Part shown: positions 1 through 12,279 of the stretch, piece after piece | Layout of the letters: every line of letters starts with the position of its first letter | How positions within the stretch are numbered: the first letter of the stretch is position 1 | Notes under the pieces: generated by a model | Databases searched by the model: none | Seen by the model: the letters and a program-made list of their open reading frames with translations, nothing else | Told to the model about the DNA's origin: nothing | NCBI GenBank assembly: GCA_025558095.1 | Contig: JAIVFI010000018.1 | Location: 558,001-622,000 of the forward strand | DNA length: 64,000 nt | Reading direction: 5' to 3' | DNA from: Hyaloraphidium curvatum SAG 235-1 | Taxonomy: Eukaryota > Fungi > Monoblepharomycota | Position numbers and translations under genes: made by a program

Positions 1-27
1 AGGCAAGCACCGCCTTCCGGCACGCAC

Positions 28-418
28 GTGGACTCGAACGTCGCCAAGACTAACAGCCAACATCAACCCGGCGGTGTCACGGAAACGCATGCATGCGGCC
101 CATTGGGCTCGTGCGGCGAAGCTGGCCCGGTATCGCGCTCGCTGGGAGTTCTCGGAGACGGGCGGCAACCCGCTGTGGATCTTTGCGGCGGAGTCCTACG
201 GCGCTCTGCATGAGTCCTCCGAGGCGCTCATCAAGTGGGCCGGGGTGACGGCCTACCTCCCCTTCACGGAGGCGGACGACATCGATGGCCTCCGCTCCCA
301 GCTCGTGTGCCGGATTAGCCAGCGGGTGGCGGTTCTATTCAACGGGGCAACTTTCTCATCTTCAGCCGTTGGGCTGACCGATGCCTTCCGCGTCGGTCTG
401 ATTAGGTTGTTGTTGTAG
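28..418 (+). mobile_element. Degenerate fragment of a non-LTR retrotransposon restriction-like endonuclease (RLE) C-terminus
   Basis: Frameshifted frames give VDSNV... then ARAAKLARY...WIFAAESYGALH...ISQRVAV, matching the K-x2-Y / F-x-P/A-x2-E-[ST]-x-G pattern at the end of RLE-clade elements. No RT domain is visible in the window. Confidence 0.5.
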
Positions 419-594
419 GGCGAGTAGATCAGTCTGCCTCTGGGAAACACCTGGGCGGCAGATGCTGACGGCTGCGTTGCTGTAGGACTCGACTGTCGTA
501 ACTTGTCCGGAGCAGATTGCTTTCTTCACAAACTTCGTTTCAAGCAGAGTGGCGACGAATCCGCATCGCCGACCGTTCACGGTCAAGCCGGCCG

Positions 595-1701
595 ACTACC
601 CGCGCCCGAAGATCCCCTCCCTGGCCTCCCCGACCATCTTCGCCATCGGCTTGGCCTCCTTGCTGGCCGTCGAGAACAAGCCCGTGTTGCGCCTGGCCTT
701 GAGCATGGCGTTGCGGTCGGCCTCGATGCGGTAAAAGAGCGTTCCTGGCGCCTGATGCATCAGCCCCAGTGCTGTCGATGTTGCGGATCCGGGTAGTTCC
801 TCACCGTCGTACTGCGCCCCGACGTCCTCCTTCGTGAGCCTGCCCTGCGGATCGGCGCACAGGAACCAGAGCGTGCCCCACTCGAAAAAGAACGCGAACC
901 TGGCGGAGGCTTCTTTCAGCTAGTCCAACCTCGCGCACACACCGCGCAGAACGCACCATCCAAACGGATCCATCACGTTCCTCGAGCCCTTGAACATCTC
1001 CCACAGGTCCGAGGGCCCCAGGACGCCGGTGCCGCTGCGGTCGTACTTGCTCCAGATCTCCTCGAACTTCTCGGGAACTGCGGTGCGGGAAGACAGTTAA
1101 GACGACGAAAAGGTAAGGCAAGCAGAGTAATACCGAAACGCCCTTCGGTGTCGTAGACCTCGGTGTCGCTCCCGTGCTTGGTCCTGTGGATGTCGCGGAT
1201 GTAGATCCTGAACCTCGGGTCCGGAATCCAGCTCGTCTGCCGCCAACAACGCCAAATCAGATCGTCATGAGCCGACGGATCGTGGCGCCGCCGGCGGCAC
1301 CTGCGTCCAGTACGAGAAGGCCCCGTTGATCACGAGCACCGCGAGCGCCGAGAACCAGATCGGGAAGCCGAGGCCGCGGAAGCCGCCGTACGTATCCCAG
1401 GGCGAGATCACGCCGTTCTTGTCCCTGCCAGCCCGACTCCATAAGCCGAAGCGACTTCGGATCGCCGGGCAAGCCACCACCTGTCGAAGTACTCCACATG
1501 CTTCTGGAGCACGCTCATGCCCTCCCTCCCCGCTTCCCAGCCCTCGGAGCCTCGGGGGTGCTGGGCGTCGGCTGCGTCGCTGGCGCGGGGCAGGCCGGGG
1601 TTGGAGAGACGGTGGTGGAGGTCCGCGGGGACGGGGTGCTGCATGGTCGCGGGGGCGCGGGGCGCGGTGGTCTCGACGTAAGCGAGGTTGTCGGCGGACA
1701 T
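595..1701 (-). CDS. Caleosin / peroxygenase (multi-exon)
   Basis: Spliced exons give [25 protein letters not shown] (EF-hand), a hydrophobic hairpin with [36 protein letters not shown] and YDGTLFY; TAG at 595-597. Confidence 0.93.
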
Positions 1702-1937
1702 TGCGAAGGTGGGAGTGGTTGTTCGAGCGGGCGATGGGGACGAGGTGAGGGGGTGCGCAGGTGAATCGCGAATCGACGTGCTGACGTGTCGGGCTGGTGG
1801 CCGAATCCACCCGCGCACACGTGAACATGGGCGTCCTCCAAAGGCTGCGAATAGAGAAGCCGAGGTCGTGCTATCAAGGTCCTATCTGAACCCGGCTTCG
1901 ACGTGGTGTACAGTAGATGGATCGCTCGGTCGAGAGA

Positions 1938-4366
1938 TCACCCCGACTCGTCGCTCTCCTCCGACTCCTCCTCCGCCTCCATCAACCACCTCACCAGCGG
2001 CTCCACCCCCGCCCTCGCCTTCTCGTGCGCCTCGCCGACCTCTGCCCCGTGCGAGTCCTTGGCCCCGCGCTTGCGCGCCCCGGAGGCGTTCCACCACCCC
2101 AGCACGTGGTCCTCCTCGATCGCGTCGGCGTCGTAGAGCGCCTTGAGGAGGGGGACGAGGGTCTTGGTGGACAGAGCGGCGGGGTTGGGATGCGTGGCGA
2201 TGTGGTCCTGCGGGACGCCAGTGATGAGACGTCGCCGCACACCACGGCAAAGCGAAACCCACCGCAATTAACATCACCACCTCCTTCCCGTCCTCCTTCT
2301 TCGTCCTCTCCAGTATCACCATCCCCATCAAGTCCGCCCACCTCTCCCCCGCCTTCTTCCCCCCCTCCTTCACCGCCGCCTCGGCGACTTCCACACACAC
2401 GGCGGCCCGGACCTCCCCCCACCCCACGTTCTCCGCCATCTTGGCCGTCTTGAGCTCCGCGAAGCAGTCCTCCGCCGCATGCCCCTCCGCAATCGCGCGG
2501 CGCACCGTGCTCCTCAATTCCTCCCGCGCGCGGCGGACCTGCGCCGCCGTGGGCGCCGCGGAACGCCCGACGAGCTTGCCCAGGTCGAGCCGGGCCATGG
2601 CGCCCGACACGCTGCCCCCGTCGGAATCGCTGCCGCCGTCGTCGTCGCTCTCCCCGTCCTCCTGCCCGGGATGCTCGTACCCCAGCCCGTACGCCTCCCA
2701 CCCTTCCTCCTCCTCGTCGTCCTCGAGCACCTCCGCCTGCGACGCCGATACCACGATCCCCGCGCCCACCGTACCGGGTCCCACTTTGGATCCCGCGCCG
2801 AGGGTCGCCCCGCGCACGGTGGTCCCGTCCGCGACCGCCGCCCCGGGGCCGACGACGCACAGGTCGAGGGAGCAGTCGGCGCCGATGCTGGCGCCGGGGA
2901 GGACGAGGGAGCGCGAGATGCGGGTGCCGGGGCCGACGTCGGGGGTGTGCAGGAGGGAGGAGCGGAGGGAGGTGGTTTGGGGTGGGGGGCCGGAGGGGGA
3001 GTAGGGGACGTAGGAGGTCGTTTGGTTTCTGGCAGACGGGGTTGAGCTGACTGTGCGGTGGGAAGCGGGAGTGGGACTCACGGCCGGGATTCCCAGTGAG
3101 GTTGGCCGGCGGGCGGGTCGCCAATGTAAGTTCCGACGGCGGGATGGAAGGTGCAGGGCGCCGAGTCGGGGTGCCACGGCACGTCCGGGACGAACGGGAA
3201 CGTTCGCCGCGCGAGCACATCCGTGCTGCAAAGGGCACATCGTGAGGCCACGAACCGGACGGAAAAAGACAAACACAAACCAAATCTGGTACCAGCTCGC
3301 GGTCCCGACCAGCCGCCTCGCGTATTCGCCCCTGGCGAAATCGGCAAACTCGACGTAGAAGCTGTGGTCCAGCACCTCCGAGTCGAGCACCTCGGGGACC
3401 AGGTGCGCGTACAGCCGGCCGTGGTCGAAGTTCTCGGTGAAGAGCGCGAGCACCTGTGGGTTTCCGAGACTATGCGTCAGGGCGTGTTGCGCCGACACCG
3501 TTTCGCAGCCACCCACGTTCATCTCGCACACCTCCACGCCCGCAGGCTCGTGTCCGACCGAAACTTCCCACTCCCCGGTCCCACCCCTCTCCTCCACCGT
3601 CTCCAGCGGCACCTTCACCACCCCCTCGCCGGGCTGCCCCAGGTGCAGCAGCTTCCCGCCCTCGCCGACCACCACCGCCTTCCCCTGCCGTCCTTCACTC
3701 CTCGGACTCCACACGCTCGTCATGATCACCTTGGGATCATTCCTCTTCCTCTCCCTGTGCCGCGCCACGAGCGCCTTCGGATCGAGCCCGGGCGCGCAAA
3801 CGGCCGAGCGGACCAGCAGCACGTCGGGGCCGCGGAAGAGCTCCATCCTGTCGGCTTCGCGGAGGAGGTCGCCGAGGGAGGCGCAGGTGGGGAGGGGGAG
3901 GGGGCGGATAGGGGTCGGGTGGGAGGCGTAGGGCGAGGATCTGCGGGACGGGGTTGGCGGGTCAGAGGAGGTCCCGAGGGCGCATTCGGGCCCGAATCGC
4001 GTCGATAAGCCACATCGCGGCTTGCAGATCAGAGCTAAGGCGCTCTAGGTCCTCGCCCCTTTTGGGCTGTGTTCGCGTCCGAGTCCGCCTCAGGACAGCC
4101 CACCTGAACCACGCGTCGACCTCCCCGCCCGGCTCGCCGGCCCACGCGACGACCACCTCATCGGCGCCACCGGCCAGCACCCATTCGATCGCGTAGTCGG
4201 CGGCGGCGCGATCTGCGACGGGGAGCAGCGCGGGCGGCACGGCCAGCGGGGCCAGCGTGCGCTCGCCGGCGTGGAACGGCGTCAAAACGACGAGGGCGCA
4301 CAGCGGCGGCGCGTCGGCCGGCGCGGAGGGCGCGGCACCGCGCGTCGCGGCGGCTTTGGACGCCAT
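1938..4366 (-). CDS. GCD6: Translation initiation factor eIF2B epsilon subunit (multi-exon)
   Basis: N-terminal nucleotidyltransferase-like domain (PALLPVAD..DYAIEWV), LFTENFD motif, hexapeptide (LbH) repeats, and a W2/HEAT C-terminus (LKALYDADAIEED..WW...LVRWLMEAEEES). Confidence 0.9.
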
Positions 4367-4550
4367 CGCGGCAGAGAAAGCGGGGTCTCGTGTTTGTTTT
4401 GACCGCGTCTCCGCGTCTGCCTTGGGAGTGCCGGAGCGGTGCCTGACTGGACTACCTCGTTCTCCGGAGAAGACTCAACTTTGGATGCCTCACATGCTAC
4501 TACGCTCGAGTTTTCGCGGCTCACATTTGCCCTGCCTAGAACCACATGCA

Positions 4551-5446
4551 TCACGCCCTCTTGGTCGTCGTTCGCTTCCTGGACGTCGTGCGGCGCTTCG
4601 TGCTGCTCCGACGCTTCGACGAGGCCGCACGCTTGCTGGTGCTCCGCCTCTTCGACGTGCCCCTTGCTGTCGTCCGCTTCCTGGCCGTCGTCTTGCCGCC
4701 GCCGCCGCCCCCTCCACCACCACCGAGCACCGCGCCGCGGAAGTTGCCGAACGGGTGGCTCTCTGCCGAGACAGGCGCTCATCAGCACGGACGCACCACC
4801 ACCGCACAGCCACGGAAAACCCACCGAGCTCCCCGCACGCCCTCGGGTACCTCTGTGTGCCCACGCTGGGGCACGACTGGTACGGCGGGCTGCAGGTGGC
4901 AAACAGCGACGCCCTGAAGGAGAGCCTCTCGACGTCCTTCACGGTGCAGTCGCCCTCGTGGACGTAGTCGATCAGGGCGCTGATGTTGTCTTGCGCTTTT
5001 CGGAATATCGGGAGTTAGGAATGCCGCAAGCGGTCGGCGAACGGGCCCACCGTTGCGCTTCAGGTCCGCCGGGGAAAGGGGATACGCCCACCCCAGGAAC
5101 CCGCCCGAGACGGGGGTCGTGGGAAACTCGGTGCACCACGAGGCCTGCGCGCCGTTGGGACCGCCGAGGTAGTAGCACTCGGAGAGCCCGTGGGTGTAGT
5201 TGCGCGAGTGGAGCGAGTAGTCGCAGCCGCCCGTGCTTCTGACGAACACCTGGAACGAGTCGGGGCCCAGCGCTGCGGAGGGTGAGAGGCGGCGGGGGGG
5301 GGGGGGGAAGGAGAGGGCGCGGGCCCACCAATGGCGTCGCTGCAGTCCGGAAAGTGCGCGACGACGGTCACGTAGCGGACGGCGGCGGCGCCGCGGGCCG
5401 CAGCGAGCAGCCCCACCGCCGCTGCGAGGAGGGTGGCGGGGCCCAT
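4551..5446 (-). CDS. Secreted Cys-containing protein with a poly-Gly linker and K/R/T/S-rich basic tail (multi-exon)
   Basis: Signal peptide MGPATLLAAAVGLLAAARGA, several GT-AG introns, last exon GGGGGGGGKTTARKRTTARGTSKRR...KRTTTKRA*. Confidence 0.65.
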
Positions 5447-5767
5447 GGGGACGGGTCTGCCGCTGCTGGAGCGCCGCGGAGGGTTCGCTGTGTTGTTCAA
5501 AAGGGGTGCCCGGCTGACGCGACTTGCTGCGCCCCATGCGCATGGCTGACCGCCGCTCAACCCAATGGTGCTCCGCGCCGTTCTCCTGCGCCTCGCGGTA
5601 CCGCCGCCATGCTGTTCCTCCTCTTCAGGCGCCGCTGCTCCTCCTCGCAACTGCGGCGTGTGCTCAGCTCGGAGACCCCGCGCCCGCCGAGAGGCATTTT
5701 CCATCCACGCTCATTCAAACTGAAGCAAGGTTCTATTGCACTGCAGGAAAGGCGATCCGACACCAGA

Positions 5768-7207
5768 TCAGATCCAGCTGTGTGCCCGTATCCCCACCTT
5801 CCTCAGACCCGCGAACAGATCGTAGCTCTCCGCCAGCGTCGGGCACCTTCCCCCCGGGGCCCAGCACCAACCGTCCACGATCTCGTCGATCGCCGTGTGG
5901 TGCTCGAAAAACAGCTCCTGCACCTCGATCTCCCCCGTGCCGCTGCCGGGAACGAGCTCCGCCAGCCGCCGCATCACCGCGTTCTCGGTGGGGGAATGGT
6001 CGACGTCGAGCTTGAAGACGACGTAGGTCCCCGGCGAGCCGGTGGCGCCCTTGAGCTCCGCTTTCGGGGTGCGTGCGCCCTCGAGGGGACCCAGCATCCG
6101 ATCGGCGACCTTCTCCGCCTTGCGGAGGCGGTGCTTCATCGCCGCGATCGCGTTGAACTCCCTCCCCTCGCCCTTGCCCTTGGCGACGGGGACGTTGAAG
6201 TACATGTAGCCGCCGATGAGATCGTCCGGCACGTTTGCGAAGATGTCGGTCGCGTTGTACTTTTGCACCTCCCAGAGCGCCATGGAATCGAACGCCAGGT
6301 TGAGCCGCGAGTACTGGGAGAGGAAGTATCCCTGCGTCGTCAGCCAGCCGGCGGCCGCGGGGTACTCAGCGGGGAAGAGCGTCGCGCCGAGGTCGAAGTA
6401 GTGGACGGAAAACGGTGGCGGAGGGCCGGCGGCGGCCGGGTCGGCCCCCGCGCGGGCGCGTTCCTCGGGCGCCAGCCGGCGGTCCATCATGATGTAGCTC
6501 GTGTCGCCGCCGCCGTAGATGGGCATCGGGCAGTGGAACGGATGCCGGAGGTGCACCACGAGGGGTTCGATGTAGGCCGCGACCTCCTTCCTCCCGCCCG
6601 CCGTGGAAACCGCGTAGACGAGCTTCGAAAGCACGTCCTCCCGGCCGACGTCGTGAGTCCATATCCCCGGCGCCGTCCAGTTCTCAGGCTGGGGCTTGAC
6701 GGCCCCGTAGGTAGCCTCCCAGTCGGCCAGCTTGGCGGGGGACGAGCCCGGCATGGTCCGCGAAACGAGCTCGACGAGCGTCTCCGCCCTGGCGCGGTCC
6801 GAGGCCGACGCGTTGAAGCGCGCGCACCACTGCTTCTTTTCCTTGGGCAGGCTCGCCAGCGCGGGGTCGCGCGAGACGGCGGTCCATTCCTCCTCCCAGG
6901 CCGAGGGCACGTAGCGGAGGAAGGTCCACTCCTCGGGCTGCAGGCGCGGGTCCTTTCGCGCACACGCAGGGGAATGTACGCGTTCCTCATCGTGCAGACA
7001 CGCGGGATGCGGCCCACGGAGCGGTTCGAAGCCCGCTTTTCCCGGCGGCGCCGCGACGGGCGGAAGCGGCGCACTCCCCGCCGGATTTCCCGCCGGACTT
7101 CCGGCCGGATCCGGTGGAACCCGCCGCGGCCAGAGCAGAAAAATGCACGACGCCACGACCAGCGCCAGAAAGACGCGCGCCGGGCCGCCGCGGCCGCGAG
7201 AGTCCAT
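5768..7207 (-). CDS. Type II membrane protein with FkbM/Methyltransf_21-22-like SAM-dependent methyltransferase domain (single exon)
   Basis: N-terminal TM (VFLALVVASCIFLLW), YFDLGA motif I, VVFKLDVD, ELFFEHH, and C-terminal SYDLFAGLRKVGIRAHSW. Confidence 0.7.
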   Translation of the reverse strand: MDSRGRGGPARVFLALVVASCIFLLWPRRVPPDPAGSPAGNPAGSAPLPPVAAPPGKAGFEPLRGPHPACLHDEERVHSPACARKDPRLQPEEWTFLRYVPSAWEEEWTAVSRDPALASLPKEKKQWCARFNASASDRARAETLVELVSRTMPGSSPAKLADWEATYGAVKPQPENWTAPGIWTHDVGREDVLSKLVYAVSTAGGRKEVAAYIEPLVVHLRHPFHCPMPIYGGGDTSYIMMDRRLAPEERARAGADPAAAGPPPPFSVHYFDLGATLFPAEYPAAAGWLTTQGYFLSQYSRLNLAFDSMALWEVQKYNATDIFANVPDDLIGGYMYFNVPVAKGKGEGREFNAIAAMKHRLRKAEKVADRMLGPLEGARTPKAELKGATGSPGTYVVFKLDVDHSPTENAVMRRLAELVPGSGTGEIEVQELFFEHHTAIDEIVDGWCWAPGGRCPTLAESYDLFAGLRKVGIRAHSWI

Positions 7208-7377
7208 TCTTCCTCTTGTGACGCGGATCCCACTCCCTGCGTCCGCTCGCACTCAACCTTTGGTTTTCAGAGAAACAGATCTAGAAACAGGAACTCATGG
7301 CATACAAACACCCCGTTTTCCACAGCAGTTGCCGGCGCCTACGACATCACGCAGCCCGGTCACTCTCCACAAGCAAA

Positions 7378-8839
7378 TCAGATCACACAGACGCTCTCCA
7401 GTGTCGCCTGCACGCCCAGCCCGCGCACAATGCCCCACAATGCGGCTGCTGCCGTGACCACGGTGACCGCGACGGTGCGCAGCAGGCCGTACGTCACCTG
7501 GAGCCCCAGCCAGCGCGCCATGGGCGCCTCGTCCGCGAGGCAGCCGAGCAGGTCCGCGTGGTCGCGCGCGGCGCTTGCCGCGGCGGGGGAGATGGTGGGA
7601 GCTTCGACGGCGAGGGCGCGGAGGAGGGTGCGGCCGGATGAAAAGATCGCGCCGACCGCCTCGATGCGGGCGTTGCCCGCCGCGGTCGGGAACAGGTAGC
7701 CGAAGGTCAGCCAGGCGACGAAAAAGAGCCACGTAAGCTGCCAAGCCGAAATGCACGAGGCCGTGGCGGCCGTGACCACGATCGAGACGAGGATCGAGCG
7801 GATGACGAGGCGCACGTGGCGGCCGGCCACCGTGTGCTGGGCAAAGTTGCGCACCGCCCCGACGGCGCTCCACGACGGCACGAGGCGGCGCTGCAGCTCG
7901 GCGTACGGGGCCGGTCTGCGCGGGCTGGTGACGAGCGTCTCTGGGTCCTCGTAGGCGGCCCGGACCAGGTCTCCGACGGCGACGGCCGCCGCGCGGCGCT
8001 GCAGGCGCCGTCGACATCTCCATGAGGGGTGTGTTCGGCACCGACGCAACGCGCAGGGTGTGCATGGGCAAGGTGACGAGAACCGGCGCGCACGCCAGGG
8101 CGCCGACCAATGCGCCCCACGGCGTCTTCCATACGGTGCTCCCCAGGGAGACGAGCGGAGTCCAGAAGGACATGACGCAGGGAGCCAAGAAGACCACGTA
8201 GAGAAACGCCATGCTGACGAGGTACTGCAGCGCCGCCTGGTGCGGCAGGCCGCCGGCGCAGCTCTTCAAAGGGCAGGGACACAGCTCGTCCGCCGGATCG
8301 TGAGTCACGAGCCGGCTCACGGCAGAGTCCGTCACCGTGCCGTCGCTTGCTTTGCGGGCGCCGTCCGTGTCCGGGACCAGCAGTGCCGCCCACGCGTGTA
8401 TCAGGCGGGCCCCCTGCGGCGGACCGCTCGGCCGCCGCGTGCGGTATCGGATGATGTACTCCACGTTGGTGAACGAGTTGACTGCCGCGAGCAAGGCGAA
8501 GGTTGCCAGGCTCGCGTACGCCGCGCCGGTCTGGAGCGCGGGCGCGACGGCGAGCGACGCGCCGTTCAGGGCCAGCGAGGCGGAGAAGAACACCGTCAGC
8601 CCCACGAACCCGGTCGTGGTCACCGCCACGCCCATGCTGAAGTGCTGGAGGCGCTGCAGCGCGGCGAGGAGCGGGGAAAATCGCTCCACGGCCGCGTAGA
8701 CCTCGGAGTCGGGGGGCGGGGAACCCTCGGGCGTGGACGGCGGCGGCGCGGCGAAGGGGAGGCCGGGAATCGAGGGCTGCGCGGGGCCGGAGGATGGCAG
8801 GATCGCTCGCCATTCGGCGGCGGTGAACGAGGTCTCCAT
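7378..8839 (-). pseudogene. 7-TM GRL/DUF3537-like family, copy 1 (single +1 frameshift near 8011)
   Basis: ORFs 7295..8839 and 7378..8049 join at ATG-GAG-ATG-TCG-(A)-CGG-CGC-CTG-CAG; the paralog reads MELSRRLQRR. Seven hydrophobic segments, HDPADELCPCPLKSCAG, and C-terminal ARWLGLQVTYG. Confidence 0.8.
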
Positions 8840-8998
8840 CTCGCTGCGTTTCGTCCAGTCTGCGGTCAGACTCGACGATCCCTTCCCCCAGCCTGGGGCT
8901 CTACCTGGGGGACAAGTTGGAGCCTACTTGAGCCCGGAAAATCTCACACAACCACGCCGGCACTCCACGCATCTGGCCCGATTTCCGCCCACCCCGCC

Positions 8999-10393
8999 TC
9001 AGGGCACGTACGCCACCCTCCCCGTCTGCCCGAACTTTTCCAGCAGGTGGAACTCCTTGAGCGCGGCCTTGAGCGGCGCGGGCCGCACCACCGGCTTGAT
9101 GTGGCCCGCGGCGACGGCGGCGAGGACGTCGCGGAGTTCTTCGACGGTTCCCCTGCGGCGGCGGATGATGAGCACGTCGTGCGCGCGCCGGGGAGGGGTA
9201 CCGACCAGATGGAGGTGAGGAGCTGGCCTTCCAGGAACATCATGGGAATCTGGCAGTTACGTGACGAATCAGGATGAGACAGAGGGATGTGTTGCGCAAC
9301 CCACGAAGCTGATCTCGGTCCCAAGGACCCCCGCGCCGACGTTGACCACCCGTCCTGCGTTCTGAATCAGCCAGCAGTACCCGTTTCGGAGCCCCATGGA
9401 CACCCACCCCTCGGCCCGATGGCGCTCAGCCCAAGGTTGATCGTCTCGGGCACCGCAACGCAGTCCAGCACCACGTCCACCGCCATCCCCTTGTCCTTCA
9501 GGAACCCCAGCAGCTCCGCGCTCGCCACCGCGTGGTTCGCCCCCGCCTTTTTCGCCTGCTCCAGCGCCTCTGGCTTCCTGTCCATCCCGATCACGGTGGC
9601 GCCGAGGTGCTTTCCCACTTGGATCGCGTTCAGCCCCAGGCCGCCGCAGCCGATCACGAGCACCACGTCGCCCTTCTTGACGCCGCCGACGGCGGTGGCG
9701 GCGTGCCAGGGCGTCAGCACGGCGTCGGTGGCCACCGCCGCGACCTGCGCACGTGCACCGCGTGAGCCCACGTCCCCTGGCGCGGCGTGCACCACGGGCC
9801 CACCTCGGCCGACACCCCCTCGGGAACCTCCACCAGATCCCTCCACCCGCACTTGACGTACTCGGCCCACGTCCCGTCCAGGCCCAACCCGTACCACGCC
9901 CTCGTGGGAGCCTGGCACGCGTTCTCGTGGCCCGAGGCGCAGCACCGGCACACGGCGGGGTCCTTGGACCGGCACGGGTTGAGGCAGTGCACCGCGTACA
10001 GCCTGTCCGTCTTGATGGAGGGGGGGACGGAGGAGCCGAGGAGGACGGGGTGGCCGGCGCCTTCGTGGCCGAGCTGTGGAGGAAAGAGGTTGGGTGGTTG
10101 GCCGTGCAGGTGATCGGGAGTGGAGGGGGGCCGCCGAGGAGAAGAGGGCCGGTCGGTACCCGCCGGCGCCGCATCCCGCCGCCACCCACGGTGAACTCGA
10201 CGTCCGGCAGAATCGGCGCCAGCGTGGAGTAGCAGTGGGCATCCGTGTGACAGAGTCCAGCAGCGGCAACCTTGATGAGGACCTCCTCGGGCCCGAGCTC
10301 CTTGGGCACGGGCACGCGGGATTCCACGGGCTCGGGGGCGCCCTTGCGAAAGCGGAAGGCGAGCATGGTGTCGGGGATGGAGGGGGCGGACAT
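8999..10393 (-). CDS. Zn-dependent medium-chain alcohol dehydrogenase (multi-exon)
   Basis: GLCHTD, LGHEGAG, structural-Zn cysteine cluster, Rossmann GCGGLG, DAVLTPWHA. Confidence 0.92.
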
Positions 10394-11010
10394 GTTGCCG
10401 TGCGGTGGGGTGGAGGGAGACAGGAGACAGGAGGTTGAGAGTGGCGAAGTCCGCTGCGCCGTCGTGTCTCCCTTCCGTGTCGCGAACCAGACGATCGAAT
10501 CCGCCGTCCTTCCGCTGAACAAGCACCCATGCAAAGCTACCGAGCGTCGCCGGCCGAGATCGGCCCGACTTGTCGAGTTCTCGCGCGGATTCATCGGGCG
10601 AGCCGCCCAGAGACCGCAGCGCCCGTCCAACGCAGCCCCGTACGAGGCACGCGAGGCGCAGGGCGACAGCAACGACGGCAAAAACGCGCATATCTTCTAC
10701 TCTCACGCCTCTGCTGGTCGGGATTGGTAGGCAAAAGTTCAAAAGATATAGCACCACGTATTCCCGTGTGGTCTCCCACCACAGTACTGACGTGGCTCAT
10801 ACCAGCTTAACTTCAGTGGTCTGACGAGAACTGGTGCTTTCTGGTAGATATGGCCGTATCTGAAAGTCATAATGAGCCAGATAACTATATTGGAACGGCG
10901 TTTGATTCCTGCTGCTTGGACCTTGGACCTAGCACAGCAGGCGGCAGCAGCTCAGCGTCCCTCCGCCGTGACTGTTTACACCGATCTCTGTCCACCCCCA
11001 CTCCCTCCCG

Positions 11011-12279
11011 ATGTCGGCGGCCCCCGCCGCGCGCCGCGTGCGCATCCCGCGGGCGCGAGTGCCGCCGCGGCCCGCGTCGGCGCCCCCGGCTGCGATGCTG
11101 CACTCCGACTCTGAGGACGAGCGGTCCGAGCCCGACGACGCGTTCGACGACGGCGGCGGCGGCCCCGTGCCGGCGAAGGATGACTCAGCTGCCGATGGGG
11201 TCGGGGCGCACGGGGAGGCCGGAGCGGGAGAGGCGGCGGACGACCTGCCCGCGCTGGTGCGTGCGGCGGTGGGGCCGTCCTCCGCCGGCGTGCTCGACCT
11301 GCGCCCGCCGGCCGAGTTCGCTGCGGCGCGGCTGGTGCGCTCCGTCGGCGTGCCGGAGCTGCGCGAGGACCGGCTGGTCGAGCTGCCGAACAGATACCGC
11401 CGCTTCGCCGCCGTCGTCCCGCGCCGCCTGCCGTCGGGCGACCACGACGCCGCCACGCGCGCCAACCTGGACTTCCTCGCAAAGCAGCGCTACGCCCCGA
11501 GCCCCGTCATCGAGGTGCCGCCGCGCACGGACCCCGACCACGCCGCATTCTGGGCCCGCGTGCCGCCGGAGCTGCGCGCGCAGGGCCGCTCGTGGCACAC
11601 GCTGTTCCGCCCCACGCCCGGCCTGGAGCGCCTGCTCGGCTCCGTCGAGCGCGGGCTGGCATCGCGCTTCGGCCCCGGTCCGCAGTGGGACGCAGTGGAC
11701 CTCGGCTCCGGCGCCGGCCGCGACGCGCTGTTCCTCCTCGCCCGCGGCACCCCCGCCGCCCTCGCCACCGACGCCCCCGACCCGCCCCCGCTCCGCCCGT
11801 GGGCCGTCACCGCCGTGGACCACCTCCCCCGTGCGCTGCTCAAGGCCTCGGCCCTCATCGCGCGGCACCTCGGCCCCCTCTGGACCCCGGCCTCGGCCGC
11901 GCGGTTCCGCCCCGTGCACGCCGAGTTCCGCCGCGACGGCTCGGTGCGGCACTACCCCCCCTCCCCCCCTCCCCCCACCGACGCCCCTCTCCCCCCGCGG
12001 TTCGACGCGCGCGCCTACCACCTCGTCACCGCCTCCCGCTTCCTCCCCCCGCGCCCCTTCTGGCCCTCCCTCCTCCGCATGGTCCGCCCGGGCGGCTACC
12101 TCCTCATGTGCACCTTTGTCGAGGGCACCTACCACCCGACGTCGCCGGACCACTTTTTGTACCGGGGCGAGATGCGCGCGTTCCTGGAGCGCGCGGGGGG
12201 GTGGACCGTCTTGGAGGAGGAGGAGGAGAGCACGGAGGAGGGGAAGAGGGTGGTGGTGTTTTTGGCGAGGAGGTCGTGA
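11011..12279 (+). CDS. Rhodanese-like domain plus class I SAM methyltransferase (TehB-like)
   Basis: VLDLRPPAEFAAARL..ELP (rhodanese-like), VDLGSGAGRDALFL (SAM motif I), LVTASRFL, VRPGGYLL; uninterrupted ORF. Confidence 0.75.
   Translation: MSAAPAARRVRIPRARVPPRPASAPPAAMLHSDSEDERSEPDDAFDDGGGGPVPAKDDSAADGVGAHGEAGAGEAADDLPALVRAAVGPSSAGVLDLRPPAEFAAARLVRSVGVPELREDRLVELPNRYRRFAAVVPRRLPSGDHDAATRANLDFLAKQRYAPSPVIEVPPRTDPDHAAFWARVPPELRAQGRSWHTLFRPTPGLERLLGSVERGLASRFGPGPQWDAVDLGSGAGRDALFLLARGTPAALATDAPDPPPLRPWAVTAVDHLPRALLKASALIARHLGPLWTPASAARFRPVHAEFRRDGSVRHYPPSPPPPTDAPLPPRFDARAYHLVTASRFLPPRPFWPSLLRMVRPGGYLLMCTFVEGTYHPTSPDHFLYRGEMRAFLERAGGWTVLEEEEESTEEGKRVVVFLARRS

Noticed and set aside
5294-5307. 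Long G homopolymer as a regulatory G-quadruplex
   Set aside because: It lies inside an intron of the minus-strand gene as a poly-C tract; nothing else suggests function.
5282-7699. 805-aa plus-strand ORF and similar long antisense ORFs (8060-9277, 14636-15925, 38563-40083)
   Set aside because: Shadow ORFs opposite real genes, expected from high GC3; Arg/Gly/Pro-rich with no motifs.
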